Positions 1-9,600 are shown, counted from the first letter of the stretch. The stretch is DNA of 64,000 nt from Azolla caroliniana (GCA_043228905.1 JBHGNT010000156.1:307-64306); one strand, 5' to 3'. Translations and numbers: made by a program. Notes: generated from the sequence alone by a model not told the origin.

Positions 1-1258
1 GCTTTGCATATAGCCTATGTTCTCGAAGTCGTTTTAGTACTAATAGTACATGAGAATCATGTTCTTCTTGGGTCTTTGAATAAACCAGTAGATCATCTAA
101 ATAGATGATCAGAAAATCATCCAATAGATCTCGAAATATATCATTCGCCATGTGCTGAAAGACTGCTGGCGCATTAGTGAGTCCGAACGGCATGACCGTA
201 TACTCGAAGTGCCCATATCTGGTGCGAAACGCGGTCTTCCATTCATCTCCTGGTCGGATTCGTACGAGGTTATAGGCTCCTCGTAAATCGATCTTCGTGA
301 AGAACCTGGCACCATTGATTCGTTCTAAAAGACTTGAGATAAGGGGAAGAGCATACCTATTTCTTATTGTAACCTTATTCAAGCCACGGTAATCTACAAC
401 AAGTCGAAGCGAGCCATCTTTTTTCTTGACGAAGAAAATGGGTGCGCCGGCTGGAGATTTCGAATGCCGAATGAAACCGTTCTCCAAATTCTCCTCTATA
501 TAGGCTCGAAGGACTTCTAGCTCGGTTGGTGACAAATTGTAGATCGGCCCCCATGGCGGCTCTTTTCCCGGTTGTAAGTCGATGGCGCAATCGTACGGCC
601 GATGATGAGGAAGTGTGTTGGCTTGTACTTTATCGAACACATCAGCGTACTGACGATACTTCTCGGGGAGTTGAACAGTACTGTCTTCTTTAGTGGTGAT
701 GGAGGGGTTTACTGATATTGCGAAAAGGAACATCTCCTCCTTGCGCCCTTCTTCACGCAACTGATGTAGCGAAATGGTTGGCATTGTCTTTTGGGTTTGT
801 CGACACCGGATTGCCCTTGTTCTCCAATCTATGTTTGGATTGTGTAATTCGAACCATGGTAATCCTAAAACTATGGGATGTTCTGGGATACTAATAATAT
901 TAAACGACACTACACATGCTAAGTTATCTAGGACAATATTAACAGGTTCTGACTCTTCTATGATATTCCCAGAAGCAATGGGACGACCATCAATGACTAC
1001 TACTGAGGCTGGACACGGGAGCTTACTGAGGGATATCTGATGGGCTTGGGCAAAATTCCTATCCATAAAACAAGAATTAGCTCCGGAATCTAGAAGTGCT
1101 AAGGTATGTACTGGAGGGGTACTTTTAGTACTAACTGCTACTTGGGCTACGAACACATCACTAACTTGCTTAGAGGGAATGGAACCACTAATGGGCTGCA
1201 CAGATCTAGGGCTGTCCAACCAAATGGCTCCTATTTTGGCTGGACTTAATAGTTTAAC
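1..1258 (-). CDS. pol: Pol polyprotein, partial (aspartic protease and reverse transcriptase), in the -1 frame relative to gag
   Basis: Hand translation is open from 1273 to the window start with no stop. ALLDSGANSCF (DSG 1090-1082), IVLGLPWFELHNPNIDW, LPHHRPYDCAIDL, FTKIDLRGAYNLVRI and IIYLDDLLVYS (YLDD 103-92). There is no in-frame ATG before the protease active site. It is missing from the ORF track because it is truncated by the window. Confidence 0.96.
1207..1258 (-). promoter_or_regulatory. Predicted -1 programmed ribosomal frameshift signal (slippery heptamer plus stem-loop or pseudoknot)
   Basis: G_TTA_AAC at 1258-1252, then a 6-nt spacer TATTAA. GTCCAGCCAAA (1245-1235) pairs with TTTGGTTGGAC (1224-1214). 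Loop TAGGAGC can pair with GCCCTA (1212-1207). The gag/pol overlap is limited to 1273-1246. Confidence 0.85.
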
Positions 1259-2436
1259 TCTTCTTCTAACTGACTAAGGACATCAAATTTGTTGACTAAA
1301 TTTGGACTATAAGTACTATTAGAACTTTCATGCATACCTAGGGAAGTAGACTCAGTTTTAGCATTATTAAGACTATCAGACACACCTAGGGAAACAGACT
1401 CGGGTTTAGTACTATTAGTACAGGCAATTATTTGGTTTACCTGTCTTTTTGGTCTATTGGGACAGTTTACTGCAATATGCCCTGGTCCCCCGCAATACAA
1501 ACATAGTCGATGTGCCCTGCGTCGCTGCTTTTCTTCTTCCGATAGTGGTCCGCGACGACGTGTGGTGTCGATCTCCATTGGAGTCGGAGTATTCGTTGGA
1601 GATGTACTGAAGGACTCCCTTGAAAAAGGCTTTGCTACGATTGAAGCATAGGTAGGCTCCGATCTTGTCCTTGGCATTTGGAACTGACGTTCCGAGCGTC
1701 GTTCGAAGAGGCGGTTATCGCATCGCACCGCACGACTGATTGCTTCGGTCAATGATTTTGGCTCTTCGGGGAAAGTTAAGAGTAGATCTTTAACATCATT
1801 CCGTAGGCCAAAGCGAAATTGTTCCATCAATGCCTGGTCATCCCAGGGAATATCGCTGGCAAGAAGACGGAAGTCCGCAGCATAAGCTGAGGCCGGCCGC
1901 TCACCTTGGCGCAATCTCCGGATTTTGTTGATGGCGGTTCTGACACTGTCAGTATCTCCGAAACAGGATTTAAACTCGCTCATAAACTCTTCAAAATTAT
2001 TTAACATGGGAGAGTTTTTCTCTAACAGAGGGGCGAACCATGCCAAAGCCGTGCCACTAAGTAGAGTGCCAACTAGTCCCACTCGGGATGCATCGGTGGG
2101 ATATCGAGAAGGATGCATTTGGATCACTAGACGTACCTGGTTGAGGAATCCTCTAAACTGTGATCTGGTCCCATCAAATTTTGTAGGGAGACCGATCTTG
2201 GGTTCTCTGTGAATCCCTTGATTACCTGATCCTTGTTGTTGGAGTGATATAATGGTCGCTTCGAGTTGTTGTACCCGTAGCGTCAGCTCCCCATGTTGTT
2301 GCTGTTTTTCCAGCGCCGTTTGTTGAAGATCCCCCAACAGGCGGTGATTTTCTTGTTCAAGCGCTAAAAATTTCTCTTTTAAGGACTGGAGCTCCGAGAA
2401 AACAGATTGGTATTCTTGAGCGCTAACAGTTTCCAT
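1246..2436 (-). CDS. gag: Gag (396 aa): N-terminal coiled coil, sushi/PEG10-like capsid, CCHC zinc knuckle
   Basis: EPKIGLPTKFDGTRSQFRGF, LRQGERPASAYAADFR, QFRFGL and PMEID motifs; CLYCGGPGHIAVNC (CX2CX4HX4C, 1503-1462); ATG lies about 95 nt downstream of the LTR. Confidence 0.96.
   Translation of the reverse strand: METVSAQEYQSVFSELQSLKEKFLALEQENHRLLGDLQQTALEKQQQHGELTLRVQQLEATIISLQQQGSGNQGIHREPKIGLPTKFDGTRSQFRGFLNQVRLVIQMHPSRYPTDASRVGLVGTLLSGTALAWFAPLLEKNSPMLNNFEEFMSEFKSCFGDTDSVRTAINKIRRLRQGERPASAYAADFRLLASDIPWDDQALMEQFRFGLRNDVKDLLLTFPEEPKSLTEAISRAVRCDNRLFERRSERQFQMPRTRSEPTYASIVAKPFSRESFSTSPTNTPTPMEIDTTRRRGPLSEEEKQRRRAHRLCLYCGGPGHIAVNCPNRPKRQVNQIIACTNSTKPESVSLGVSDSLNNAKTESTSLGMHESSNSTYSPNLVNKFDVLSQLEEELNY
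1312..1418 (-). repeat. Degenerate in-frame 48-bp (16-codon) tandem duplication in the Gag C-terminal tail
   Basis: acctagggaa..agactc at 1336 and 1384 (48 apart); agtactattag at 1312 and 1408 (96 apart); peptides TKPESVSLGVSDSLNN and AKTESTSLGMHESSNS. Confidence 0.75.
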
Positions 2437-2518
2437 TTTGATAGGGAGAATAAGGGTATTAGTATGAAGAGAAGGAGGATAAAAGGGAAGGAAGAGGGAG
2501 AGAAAGACCAGATGGAGA

Positions 2519-2530
2519 AAATCGGTTCAA
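2519..2530 (-). promoter_or_regulatory. Primer-binding site, self-priming type (not tRNA-complementary)
   Basis: The element strand reads ...TGACA-GT-TTGAACCGATTT, with no TGG for tRNA CCA. It is the perfect 12-nt complement of 2781-2770 inside the LTR. Confidence 0.85.
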
Positions 2531-2555
2531 ACTGTCAGGAACGCTACCTAGGCGG

Positions 2556-2630
2556 AGAAGGAATTAGTACTAAAAGAAGGATTAGTACAATTGTTGAGAA
2601 CAGTACTAAGACAGAGAAGGATTAGTACTA
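2556..2630. repeat. Three copies of AGAAGG(A)ATTAGTAWA-like motif (core ATTAGTAC) in LTR U5
   Basis: AGAAGGAATTAGTACTA 2556-2572, AGAAGGATTAGTACAA 2575-2590, AGAAGGATTAGTACTA 2615-2630. Confidence 0.75.
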
Positions 2631-2660
2631 TGAGAGGTGTAGAACGTTGAGAGAAGGAAC

Positions 2661-2696
2661 GAGTGAGAGGGAGAGAGAGAGAGAAAGAGAGAGAGA
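2661..2696. repeat. Imperfect (GA)n/(TC)n microsatellite in LTR R/U5
   Basis: gagtgagagggagagagagagagaaagagagagaga. Confidence 0.85.
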
Positions 2697-2769
2697 ATGA
2701 TGATACGAAGGATATATGTATTAGGTGAAGGAAAATATACAATAACAGCTAGAAGGCTTAAGACTGGCG

Positions 2770-2781
2770 TTGAACCGATTT
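2770..2781 (-). promoter_or_regulatory. Predicted transcription start and self-primer (AAATCGGTTCAA)
   Basis: Begins 33 nt downstream of the first T of the TATA box; complementary to the PBS at 2530-2519. Confidence 0.75.
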
Positions 2782-2806
2782 GGTTCGAACTAATGCCTTG
2801 CGCCTC

Positions 2807-2814
2807 CTTTTATA
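2807..2814 (-). promoter_or_regulatory. TATA box (TATAAAAG) of the LTR promoter
   Basis: Matches the TATAWAWR consensus, is oriented toward gag, and has plausible spacing to the predicted start. Confidence 0.8.
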
Positions 2815-2819
2815 GTGTC

Positions 2820-2872
2820 TTCAGGAATACTCCTGAAGTTTCTAGAATGTTCCAGAGAAATCTGGAATATAC
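2820..2872. promoter_or_regulatory. Extended heat-shock element array (alternating nGAAn/nTTCn)
   Basis: TTC2820 GAA2825 cTC2830 GAA2835 TTC2840 GAA2845 TTC2850 GAg2855 aTC2860 GAA2865 TaC2870: 11 in-phase pentamers, 7 perfect, 4 consecutive perfect. Confidence 0.78.
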
Positions 2873-2940
2873 ATCCATTTCCTAATAAAATATAAATGAA
2901 AATAATATACTTCGAATTACAATGTATAATATAACGGTAA

Positions 2941-2980
2941 AGACTCGACCCATGTAACAACAGGTTATGGGTTCGAGTCT
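2941..2980. repeat. Subterminal inverted repeat or hairpin in U3
   Basis: AGACTCGA-CCCATGTAAC [AACAG] GTT-ATGGG-T-TCGAGTCT, 10 bp from the LTR end. Confidence 0.75.
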
Positions 2981-3604
2981 AGTTATGACAAGGGCTGCTC
3001 TCAACTCACTACTCATGTTTGCTAATTTCGTCATGTCTCTCCACCTGAGTTTCAAAATCTTGATTTTTGAATTCCATATCATAGCTAGGGTTGTTAGCTT
3101 CGATTCGCATGTTTGAACACAAAAATCCGATATCACAGGAGCCAGGTATGAACATTTTAATTTACGCAAGGGCTCCTCTCAACTCACTCCTCAAATTTGG
3201 TAATTTCATCATGTCTCTCGACCTGAGTTTAAAAATCTTGATTTATAAATTCCATATCATAGCTAGCGTTGTTAGCTTCGATTCGCATGTTTGAACACAA
3301 AAATCCGATATCACACGAGCCAGGTATGAACATTTTAATTTACTCAAGCGCTCCTCTCAACTCACTACTCATGTTTGCTAATTTCGTCATGTCTCTCGAC
3401 CTGAGTTTCAAAATCTTGATTTTTGAATTCCATATCATAGCTAGCGTTGTTAGCTTCGATTCGCATGTTTGAACACAAAAATCCGATATCACACGAGCCA
3501 GGTATGAACATTTTAATTTACTCAAGGGCTGCTCTCAACTCACTCCTCAAATTTTGTAATTTCGTCATGTATCTCGACCTGAGTTTAAAAATCTTGATAA
3601 ATTA

Positions 3605-6600
3605 ATTCCATATCATAGCTAGCGTTGTTAGCTTCGATTCGCATGTTTGGACACAAAAATCCGATATTACACGAGCCAGGTATGAACATTTTAATTTACT
3701 CAAGGGCTCCTCTCAACTCACTACTCATGTTTGGTAATTTCATCAGGTCTCTCGACCTGAGTTTCAAAATCTTGATTTATTAATTCCATATCATAGCTAG
3801 CGTTGGTAGCTTCGATTCGCATGTTTGAACACAAAAATCCGATATCACACGAGCCAGGTATGAACATTTTAATTTACTCAAGGGTTCCTCTCAACTCACT
3901 CCTCAAATTTGGTAATTTCATCATGTCTCTCGACCTGAGTTTAAAAATCTTGATTTATAAATTCCATATCATAGCTAGCGTTGTTAGCTTCGATTCGCAT
4001 GTTTGAACACAAAAATCCGATATCACACGAGCCAGGTATGAACATTTTAATTTACTCAAGGGCTCCTCTCAACTCACTGCTCAAATTTGGTAATTTCGTC
4101 ATGTCTCTCGACCTGAGTTTCAAAATCTTGATTTTTGAATTCCATATCATAGCTAGCGTTGTTAGCTTCGATTCCCATGTTTGAACACAAAAATCCGATA
4201 TCACACGAGCCAGGTATGAACATTTTAATTTACTCACGGGCTCCTCTCAACTCACTCCTCAAATTTGGTAATTTCGTCATGTCTCTCGACCTGAGTTTCA
4301 AAATCTTGATTTTTGAATTCCATATCATAGCTAGCGTTGTTAGCTTCGATTCGCATGTTTGAACACAAAAATCCGATATCACACGAGCCAGGTATGAACA
4401 TTTTAATTTACTCAAGGGCTCCTCTCAACTCACTACTCATGTTTGCTAATTTCGTCATGTCTCTCGACCTGAATTTCAAAATCTTGATTTATTAATTCCA
4501 TATCATAGCTAGCGTTGTTAGCTTCGATTCGCATGTTTGAACACAAAAATCCGATATCACACGAGCCAGGTATGAACATTTTAATTTACTCAAGCGCTCC
4601 TCTCAACTCACTACTCATGTTTGCTAATTTCGTCATGTCTCTCGACCTGAGTTTCAAAATCTTGATTTTTGAATTCCATATCATAGCTAGCGTTGTTAGC
4701 TTCGATTCGCATGTTTGAACACAAAAATCCGATATCACACGAGCCAGGTATGAACATTTTAATTTACTCAAGGGCTGCTCTCAACTCACTCCTCAAATTT
4801 TGTAATTTCGTCATGTATCTCGACCTGAGTTTAAAAATCTTGATAAATTAATTCCATATCATAGCTAGCGTTGTTAGCTTCGATTCGCATGTTTGGACAC
4901 AAAAATCCGATATTACACGAGCCAGGTATGAACATTTTAATTTACTCAAGGGCTCCTCTCAACTCACTACTCATGTTTGGTAATTTCATCAGGTCTCTCG
5001 ACCTGAGTTTCAAAATCTTGATTTATTAATTCCATATCATAGCTAGCGTTGGTAGCTTTGATTCGCATGTTTGAACACAAAAATCCGATATCACACGAGC
5101 CAGGTATGAACATTTTAATTTACTCAAGGGTTCCTCTCAACTCACTCCTCAAATTTGGTAATTTCATCATGTCTCTCGACCTGAGTTTAAAAATCTTGAT
5201 TTATTAATTCCATATCATAGCTAGCGTTGTTAGCTTCGATTCGCATGTTTGAACACAAAAATCCGATATCACACGAGCCAGGTAGGAACATTTTAATTTA
5301 CTCAAGGGCTCCTCTCAACTCACTACTCCTGTTTGCTAATTTCGTCATGTCTCTCGACCTGAGTTTCAAAATCTTGATTTTTGAATTCCATATCATAGCT
5401 AGCGTTGTTAGCTTCGATTCGCATGTTTGAACACAAAAATCCGATATCACACGAGCCAGGTATGAACATTTTAATTTACATACGAGCTCTTCTCAACTCA
5501 CTCCTCAAATTTGGTAATTTCGTCATGTCTCTCGACCTGAGTTTCAAAATCTTGATTTTTTAATTCCATATCATAGCTAGCGTTGTTAGCTTTGATTCGC
5601 ATGTTTGAACACAAAAATCGGATATCACACGAGCTAGGTATGAACATTTTAATTTACTCAAGCGCTCCTCTCAACTCACTCCTCAAATTTGGTAATTTCG
5701 TCATGTGTCTCGACCTGAGTTTCAAAATCTTGAGTTTTTAATTCAATATCATAGCTAGCGTTGTTAGCTTCGATTCGCAAGTTTGAACACAAAAATCCGA
5801 TATGACACGAGCCAGGTATGAACATTTTAATTTACTCACGGGCTCCTCTCAACTCACTCCTCAAATTTGGTAATTTCGTCATGTCTCTCGACCTGAGTTT
5901 CAAAATCTTGATTTTTGAATTCCATATCATAGCTAGCGTTGTTAGCTTCGATTCGCATGTTTGAACACAAAAATCCGATATCACACGAGCCAGGTATGAA
6001 CATTTTAATTTACTCAAGGGCTCCTCTCAACTCACTACTCATGTTTGCTAATTTCGTCATGTCTCTCGACCTGAATTTCAAAATCTTGATTTTTGAATTC
6101 CATATCATAGCTAGCGTTGTTAGCTTCGATTCGCATGTTTGAACACAAAAATCCGATATCACACGAGCCAGGTATGAACATTTTAATTTACTCAAGGGCT
6201 CTTCTCAACTCACTACTCATGTTTGCTAATTTCGTCATGTCTCTCGACCTGAGTTTCAAAATCTTGATTTTTGAATTCCATATCATAGCTAGGGTTGTTA
6301 TCTTCGATTCGCATGTTTGGACACAAAAATCCGATATCACAGGAGCCAGGTATGAACATTTTAATTTACGCAAGGGCTGCTCTCAACTCACTCCTCAAAT
6401 TTGGTAATTTCATCAGGTCTCTCGACCTGAGTTTCAAAATCTTGATTTTTTAATTCCATATCATAGCTAGCGTTGTTAGCTTCGATTCGCATGTTTGAAC
6501 ACAAAAATCCGATATCACACGAGCCAGGTATGAACATTTTAATTTACATACGAGCTCTTCTCAACTCACTCCTCAAATTTGGTAATTTCGTCATGTCTCT

Positions 6601-9600
6601 CGACCTGAGTTTCAAAATCTTGATTTTTTAATTCCATATCATAGCTAGCGTTGTTAGCTTTGATTCGCATGTTTGAACACAAAAATCGGATATCACACGA
6701 GCTAGGTATGAACATTTTAATTTACTCAAGCGCTCCTCTCAACTCACTCCTCAAATTTGGTAATTTCGTCATGTGTCTCGACCTGAGTTTCAAAATCTTG
6801 AGTTTTTAATTCAATATCATAGCTAGCGTTGTTAGCTTCGATTCGCATGTTTGAACACAAAAATCCGATATGACACGAGCCAGGTATGAACATTTTAATT
6901 TACTCACGGGCTCCTCTCAACTCACTCCTCAAATTTGGTAATTTCGTCATGTCTCTCGACCTGAGTTTCAAAATCTTGATTTTTGAATTCCATATCATAG
7001 CTAGCGTTGTTAGCTTCGATTCGCATGTTTGAACACAAAAATCCGATATCACACGAGCCAGGTATGAACATTTTAATTTACTCAAGGGCTCTTCTCAACT
7101 CACTACTCATGTTTGCTAATTTCGTCATGTCTCTCGACCTGAGTTTCAAAATCTTGATTTATAAATTCCATATCATAGCTAGGGTTGTTAGCTTCGATTC
7201 GCATGTTTGGACACAAAAATCCGATATCACAGGAGCCAGGTATGAACATTTTAATTTACGCAAGGGCTGCTCTCAACTCACTCCTCAAATTTGGTAATTT
7301 CATCAGGTCTCTCGACCTGAGTTTCAAAATCTTGATTTTTTAATTCCATATCATAGCTAGCGTTGTTAGCTTCGATTCGCATGTTTGAACACAAAAATCC
7401 GATATCACACGAGCCAGGTATGAACATTTTAATTTACTCAAGCGCTCCTCTCAACTCACTACTCATGTTTGCTAATTTCGTCATGTCTCTCGACCTGAGT
7501 TTCAAAATCTTGATTTTTGAATTCCATATCATAGCTAGCGTTGTTAGCTTCGATTCGCATGTTTGAACACAAAAATCCGATATCACACGAGCCAGGTATG
7601 AACATTTTAATTTACTCAAGGGCTGCTCTCAACTCACTCCTCAAATTTTGTAATTTCGTCATGTATCTCGACCTGAGTTTAAAAATCTTGATAAATTAAT
7701 TCCATATCATAGCTAGCGTTGTTAGCTTCGATTCGCATGTTTGGACACAAAAATCCGATATTACACGAGCCAGGTATGAACATTTTAATTTACTCAAGGG
7801 CTCCTCTCAACTCACTACTCATGTTTGGTAATTTCATCAGGTCTCTCGACCTGAGTTTCAAAATCTTAATTTATTAATTCCATATCATAGCTAGCGTTGG
7901 TAGCTTTGATTCGCATGTTTGAACACAAAAATCCGATATCACACGAGCCAGGTATGAACATTTTAATTTACTCAAGGGTTCCTCTCAACTCACTCCTCAA
8001 ATTTGGTAATTTCATCATGTCTCTCGACCTGAGTTTAAAAATCTTGATTTATTAATTCCATATCATAGCTAGCGTTGTTAGCTTCGATTCGCATGTTTGA
8101 ACACAAAAATCCGATATCACACGAGCCAGGTAGGAACATTTTAATTTACTCAAGGGCTCCTCTCAACTCACTACTCATGTTTGCTAATTTCGTCATGTCT
8201 CTCGACCTGAGTTTCAAAATCTTGATTTTTGAATTCCATATCATAGCTAGCGTTGTTAGCTTCGATTCGCATGTTTGAACACAAAAATCCGATATCACAC
8301 GAGCCAGGTATGAACATTTTAATTTACTCAAGGGTTCCTCTCAACTCACTCCTCAAATTTGGTAATTTCATCATGTCTCTCGACCTGAGTTTAAAAATCT
8401 TGATTTATTAATTCCATATCATAGCTAGCGTTGGTAGCTTTGATTCGCATGTTTGGACACAAAAATCCGATATCACAGGAGCCAGGTATGAACATTTTAA
8501 TTTACGCAAGGGCTGCTCTCAACTCACTCCTCAAATTTGGTAATTTCATCAGGTCTCTCGACCTGAGTTTCAAAATCTTGATTTTTTAATTCCATATCAT
8601 AGCTAGCGTTGTTAGCTTCGATTCGAATGTTTGAACACAAAAATCCGATATCACACGAGCCAGGTATGAACATTTTAATTTACATACGAGCTCTTCTCAA
8701 CTCACTCCTCAAATTTGGTAATTTCGTCATGTCTCTCGACCTGAGTTTCAAAATCTTGATTTTTTAATTCCATATCATAGCTAGCGTTGTTAGCTTTGAT
8801 TCGCATGTTTGAACACAAAAATCGGATATCACACGAGCTAGGTATGAACATTTTAATTTACTCAAGCGCTCCTCTCAACTCACTCCTCAAATTTGGTAAT
8901 TTCGTCATGTGTCTCGACCTGAGTTTCAAAATCTTGAGTTTTTAATTCAATATCATAGCTAGCGTTGTTAGCTTCGATTCGCATGTTTGAACACAAAAAT
9001 CCGATATGACACGAGCCAGGTATGAACATTTTAATTTACTCACGGGCTCCTCTCAACTCACTCCTCAAATTTGGTAATTTCGTCATGTCTCTCGACCTGA
9101 GTTTCAAAATCTTGATTTTTGAATTCCATATCATAGCTAGCGTTGTTAGCTTCGATTCGCATGTTTGAACACAAAAATCCGATATCACACGAGCCAGGTA
9201 TGAACATTTTAATTTACTCAAGGGCTCTTCTCAACTCACTACTCATGTTTGCTAATTTCGTCATGTCTCTCGACCTGAGTTTCAAAATCTTGATTTATTA
9301 ATTCCATATCATAGCTAGGGTTGTTAGCTTCGATTCGCATGTTTGGACACAAAAATCCGATATCACAGGAGCCAGGTATGAACATTTTAATTTACGCAAG
9401 GGCTGCTCTCAACTCACTCCTCAAATTTGGTAATTTCATCAGGTCTCTCGACCTGAGTTTCAAAATCTTGATTTTTTAATTCCATATCATAGCTAGCGTT
9501 GTTAGCTTCGATTCGCATGTTTGAACACAAAAATCCGATATCACACGAGCCAGGTATGAACATTTTAATTTACTCAAGGGCTCTTCTCAACTCACTACTC

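Larger units (their letters stand above)
1..2990 (-). mobile_element. Ty3/gypsy LTR retrotransposon, 5' portion (5' LTR, leader, gag, PR, RT); probable Tf1/sushi/Tcn1-like chromovirus; continues beyond window start
   Basis: Order is LTR-PBS-gag-PR-RT with no integrase between PR and RT (gypsy order). RT motifs PPWGPIY, GFIRHSKSPAGAPIFFVKKKDGSLRLVVDYRGLN and WKTAFRTRYGHFEYTVMPFGLTNAPAVFQ. The LTR starts TG at 2990 at the satellite junction. The clade call is inferred; integrase and chromodomain are outside the window. Confidence 0.96.
2533..2990 (-). repeat. 5' LTR (458 bp)
   Basis: Terminal inverted repeat TGTCA...TGACA, with the satellite on one side and the PBS on the other; contains a TATA box. 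The 3' LTR is not in the window, so boundaries come from motifs only. Confidence 0.87.

Noticed and set aside
109-2212. Small ORFs at 109-315, 375-590, 774-1040, 1457-1651 and 1925-2212
   Set aside because: They are alternative-frame or antisense shadows of pol and gag.
1246-2436. Domesticated PEG10/RTL-like host gene
   Set aside because: An intact LTR, PBS and catalytically complete RT (YLDD) indicate an autonomous retrotransposon.
2991-2995. Target-site duplication
   Set aside because: The other end of the element is outside the window; agggc is only a prediction.
2991-3168. Tandem 5S rRNA, tRNA or snRNA gene units, or an internal 89-bp half-repeat
   Set aside because: No recognisable RNA gene motifs or A/B/C boxes. 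Short internal similarities (catgtttg, aaaatc, atatca) occur at inconsistent offsets (94, 68, 54).
2407-3169. ORFs at 2407-2625, 2548-2742, 2697-2885 and 2882-3169
   Set aside because: They are low-complexity frames across the leader, LTR and LTR/satellite junction with no coding signal.
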